From the IMG/VR virus record IMGVR_UViG_3300023174_000037: a stretch of 64,000 nucleotides of DNA, one strand, 5' to 3'. Numbering within the stretch: the first letter of the stretch is position 1; the number at the start of each line of letters is the position of its first letter. Made by a program: the position numbers and the translations under genes. Source of the DNA: a virus. Its lineage: Duplodnaviria > Caudoviricetes. Below, piece by piece: positions 60,687-64,000 of this stretch. Under the pieces are notes generated by a model. The model was not told the DNA's origin. It did no database searches and worked only from the letters and a program-made list of their open reading frames with translations.

Positions 60687-63302
60687 TTATTGAAACGTGT
60701 ATCTATATTCGGCCATTGCTCGATACTGTCCTGTTTGTGTAGTCATTCCTGACAATCTATAACTGTTATGTCGATCAATAACTCCAGTGTATAGCGCACG
60801 AATATACGGAGTGGTCTGACTTACTACACCCATCTTAGTATTAGTATATACTATATTGCCAGCATTGTCAACACCGGTTGGTATAGTAGCGGTTATACTA
60901 CCGCTTAATACTACCGGTTTCACACCCACATAAACACCAAGATCTCCAAATCCTACCTCATTGTATCGGTAACCGGTTTCAGCCCATGCCGCCATAATTG
61001 GACTTACATCAGTTACAATGCCGGATTTAAAATTAGTAGTGGTCATCATAAGTGCGCCTTGCATACTAAATCCATTCTTTCTATAGGTCATCACTTGTTC
61101 TACGGTGCTACTATTATTAACCGAACCAAACGATCCAGTGAAGTTTAACCATGGATTGGTATTCAAACTGGTAAACTGTGTTCCGGTAGAGAAGTTGCCA
61201 CTTTTATAAATTTCTGGTAAACCAAAACTCCATTGTGTTGGTCTAGGCACACCTATATACATACCTTGAGTTGATTGATCGCCAAATTCTTTTGGTAGTG
61301 GAGGAGGGCCGATAGTGTTGAATTGATTACGAGTTTCAGCTCCTAATCTCATGGCCATTCCTTGCTGGTTATACACAGTGTTGGTGTTGCCATTCAACAT
61401 ATACTCAGTATGGCTGGTAAGATTATGTTGGTCAATGTGTTCTGTATTAAATGTAAAACCATTGGGACCAACTGAGCTGCTGGTTCCAAAGTTCAAACTG
61501 TAATTGCGTCCTATCGAATCAAATGCCTGCATCTGGTTTAGTCCTGACATATTAACGCCAGAAACACTGCCGGTCAATCCGCTCAATGGTATCGCACCTG
61601 ACTTGGTAGCAATACTCAGTGCGCCTACTGGACTTAACAGTTTGTCCGGATTTAACACTAGGCCTGCGCCAGCATCAGTCATATAACTGCTGGAAGTTTG
61701 TGCCAGAACCTGATTTACTTGTGCTGGACTCATCCAGGGCCATGTTGCCTTGACTGCATTGAATGCGGCCTGTGCTGTAGTGGTGTTTAGATTTGTACCC
61801 ACAAGACTCAAATATGTGGCCATTCTTACTGGACTTGTGGCATCAGTCTGATATTGCAAGGTGGTCACAAGATAAAGATTTTTACTAGCATCTGTAACTA
61901 CAGCTACTTGATTGCCTCTATTGCCAGTGCCAGCAATCAAGTTGGCCTGACTTGCAAAATCAGTGATAATATTTTGAAATGCCGCCACATAAGGTCCAGT
62001 AGCACTTTGTTTAATTAAGAATTGTGTGCTACTATTTGTTCCAGACCAATCAGTTCCGCTTACAATCATGCTCTTAAAGCCGTTACCAAGATCTACAAAC
62101 TGTGGACGGTAAGTGCCGTGAGTATTGGTGTTATAACCTTTTAACATAGTAGCGGTTACATCAGTAAAATTACCCGCACCATCATTTTGTAAAAATTGTA
62201 TAGCTGATTGTTTCACACCACCACTGGTACCAGGCGAGCTGAACAAAATTAAACTTTGATTGCCACTGGCATTAAAGTCATAATTTATGACCAAATAATT
62301 GTGACTGCTATTGCCCAGGATCGGAGCCGGTAAATCTTTTGCCCAATTGATACTGAGTTTATTAGTAGTTGAATCTATCGCCCAGGTATACATTTTAGTA
62401 GTGCTACTACCACATCCATTCCACCCGGTGTCGCCAACACATGCTCTACTGTCGGTGGCTACCAACTGAGTCTTTCCATTATTTAAAAAGTCAGCGGCCG
62501 CAATACTAGACGTACCCCAAAATAGATCGTTGTTGCCTCGGGCTTGATATACTGTAAAACCGTTTACACGATTATTCATTAAGAATGTAGTGTTTGGGCC
62601 ATAGTCAGTGATAATAGCATCTATCCAACCTGTTTTGGTCAAGTCAGCCATCGTGGTGCCGTGCCCCCATACCTGAGCACCAAGTTCTATAGTGCTACGA
62701 GTAAATTGGCTTCCGTTGTTTCGAAACAACCAGGCTTGGCTGGATCCAGTTGGACCATAGTAGTTCATGTCAGTGGACGCACTGACCAACATATCAGTTC
62801 GTCCAGACTTAAAAAAGTCAGCAAACTGAATATTAGGATCTGTTCCTAAAATTGAGTTACTACCAGCAGTGAACCATGTGGCGGTGTCGTTGACAAAACT
62901 TCCGTTTTTCCAAGTGAATAATTGTATGCTACTGTTAACCCACTCGCTACTAGTAGCTGGCTGACTCATACGCCCGGCTACAATCATACTGTCGGTGCCA
63001 TTGCCGGTCAAGTCGTTTACTACATATTGTTGACTAACCGCAGTTTTAGTAGAATCACTGGTGTAAGGATTAAATGTGCTGACCTGAGCAGGAGTAGCAT
63101 AAGGAACTGTGGTTCGAGTCCCAGGAGTAAAACCGTAACCGGCCAATGTTCCAGAACTATAATATGGATTGTCTGGTTTAATATACGGATTGCCACCTCC
63201 GCCACCACCACCACCGCCACCTCCACCACAGGCTGTGAGTAAGAAAACAACCGACACAGCAACGGCTATAGACGTCTGTCTAATCACACGCTGTTTTTTC
63301 AT
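60687..63302 (-). CDS. Large lipoprotein with FG-GAP/VCBS-like repeats and beta-rich C-terminal domain
   Basis: Lipobox LTAC, Gly run, DxxxxGxxD repeats, alternating aromatic strands ending YRYTFQ. Confidence 0.8.
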   Translation of the reverse strand: MKKQRVIRQTSIAVAVSVVFLLTACGGGGGGGGGGGGNPYIKPDNPYYSSGTLAGYGFTPGTRTTVPYATPAQVSTFNPYTSDSTKTAVSQQYVVNDLTGNGTDSMIVAGRMSQPATSSEWVNSSIQLFTWKNGSFVNDTATWFTAGSNSILGTDPNIQFADFFKSGRTDMLVSASTDMNYYGPTGSSQAWLFRNNGSQFTRSTIELGAQVWGHGTTMADLTKTGWIDAIITDYGPNTTFLMNNRVNGFTVYQARGNNDLFWGTSSIAAADFLNNGKTQLVATDSRACVGDTGWNGCGSSTTKMYTWAIDSTTNKLSINWAKDLPAPILGNSSHNYLVINYDFNASGNQSLILFSSPGTSGGVKQSAIQFLQNDGAGNFTDVTATMLKGYNTNTHGTYRPQFVDLGNGFKSMIVSGTDWSGTNSSTQFLIKQSATGPYVAAFQNIITDFASQANLIAGTGNRGNQVAVVTDASKNLYLVTTLQYQTDATSPVRMATYLSLVGTNLNTTTAQAAFNAVKATWPWMSPAQVNQVLAQTSSSYMTDAGAGLVLNPDKLLSPVGALSIATKSGAIPLSGLTGSVSGVNMSGLNQMQAFDSIGRNYSLNFGTSSSVGPNGFTFNTEHIDQHNLTSHTEYMLNGNTNTVYNQQGMAMRLGAETRNQFNTIGPPPLPKEFGDQSTQGMYIGVPRPTQWSFGLPEIYKSGNFSTGTQFTSLNTNPWLNFTGSFGSVNNSSTVEQVMTYRKNGFSMQGALMMTTTNFKSGIVTDVSPIMAAWAETGYRYNEVGFGDLGVYVGVKPVVLSGSITATIPTGVDNAGNIVYTNTKMGVVSQTTPYIRALYTGVIDRHNSYRLSGMTTQTGQYRAMAEYRYTFQ
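63200..63229 (-). repeat. GGN microsatellite encoding the poly-Gly tether after the lipid-modified Cys
   Basis: (GGT/GGC/GGA)n. Confidence 0.8.
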
Positions 63303-63335
63303 ATAGTTACTCTAAGAATAATTGATCGTACAACT

Positions 63336-63364
63336 ATTATAGCAGATAACTATTTTTGGGTCAA
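63336..63364 (-). promoter_or_regulatory. sigma70-type promoter
   Basis: TTGACC-17-TATAAT. Confidence 0.8.
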
Positions 63365-63687
63365 TCTCGTTTTAGATACTGTAGTTTATTAGCAACACCG
63401 GTCCATTTTTCATGTTCGGGCATGGCGTCTTTGGATTTGGTAAGAGGCTTCCATAGTCGAGCTAATTCGGCATTGATCTCAACAAACTGTTTTTGGTCTT
63501 CTGGAACATCATCAAGAGCATAGATAGCATCTTCTGGACATTCTGGAACGCACACAGCACAGTCAATACATCCGTCAGGATCAATGGCTAGAAAGTTTGG
63601 ACCTTCTACAAAACAATCCACTGGACAAACATCTACACAATCGGTATGCTTACAAAGAATACATCCTTCTGTTACAACATAGGTCAT
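63361..63687 (-). CDS. fdxA: 7Fe ferredoxin (Azotobacter FdI type; start at MTYVV)
   Basis: MTYVVTEGCILCKHTDCVDVCPVDCF...CIDCAVCVPECP. Confidence 0.93.
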   Translation of the reverse strand: MTYVVTEGCILCKHTDCVDVCPVDCFVEGPNFLAIDPDGCIDCAVCVPECPEDAIYALDDVPEDQKQFVEINAELARLWKPLTKSKDAMPEHEKWTGVANKLQYLKRD

Positions 63688-63908
63688 GCTCGCTGGCCTT
63701 CGAGCCATTCATTAACACGTTGTTCGGCCTCTTCCTGACTAATAGCCGGAACAGTGATTTCTACTGGTCCGCCCATGGCGTGGTTCATCGTGTATGGAAT
63801 TGGATTACCATTAAAAATAATTTCTTCCATGTCTCGAAATACCAAAAACTCTTGTAGGTTTTTGGCACGTTCAATAGCCTGGTTGGCCATTATTTGTGGA
63901 TTGTTCAT
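63684..63908 (-). CDS. Hypothetical protein
   Basis: ATGA overlap with the ferredoxin gene. Confidence 0.7.
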   Translation of the reverse strand: MNNPQIMANQAIERAKNLQEFLVFRDMEEIIFNGNPIPYTMNHAMGGPVEITVPAISQEEAEQRVNEWLEGQRA

Positions 63909-64000
63909 TGTTTGCCTTTCTCTCTTTGTGTTTTGCCAATGCGTCTGCGCTACGTTGTTGAAAGTCTACCATATTGTGATAGCCCATTTGATAGCATGGA

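Noticed and set aside
339-63857. Numerous 60-136 aa antisense or alternate-frame ORFs inside long genes
   Set aside because: Fully nested in well-supported CDSs, no motifs or initiation signals
1-64000. Stop-codon reassignment
   Set aside because: Conserved enzymes are full-length in code 11, TAG and TGA end coupled genes, and no CUA/UCA/UUA suppressor tRNA is present
1-64000. CRISPR array, integrase, transposase or rRNA
   Set aside because: No regularly spaced direct repeats or such motifs seen; recurring GGTTCGA/TCGAACC strings are tRNA T-loops

Overview
This window is a 64-kb segment of a large lytic dsDNA tailed phage, almost entirely transcribed from the minus strand. Evidence: dense short ORFs, ThyX, a T4 rnh-like nuclease, an endonuclease VII-type gene, a MoxR/VWA pair, about 18 near-consensus sigma70 promoters and T4-type TATAAATA boxes. 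A betaproteobacterial host is inferred from the Bug/TctC binding protein, TorF-type porin, CspA and FdxA. No integrase, capsid gene or CRISPR array was seen. Two glycan/small-molecule modification islands are present (1-18 kb and 46.7-59.5 kb), plus queD and queE. The most interesting part is a translation island at 32.9-44.2 kb. It holds 31 CCA-encoding tRNAs covering all 20 amino acids, several of them non-canonical (Ser-ACU, an 8/4 Ser-UGA, long-arm Ile-UAU, two Leu tRNAs without a variable arm). It also holds a circularly permuted two-piece tmRNA with a 29-aa tag ending FAV and an RNA polymerase omega-like gene. Three features there appear undescribed. (1) A ribosome-coupled attenuator upstream of the array whose 51-codon leader uses all 20 amino acids. 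(2) A 55-nt structured RNA found twice with compensatory changes, once as a tRNA spacer and once as the tmRNA intervening sequence. (3) A basic micro-ORF that runs without a stop into tRNA-Lys. All structures and alignments were read by hand; no database search was run.
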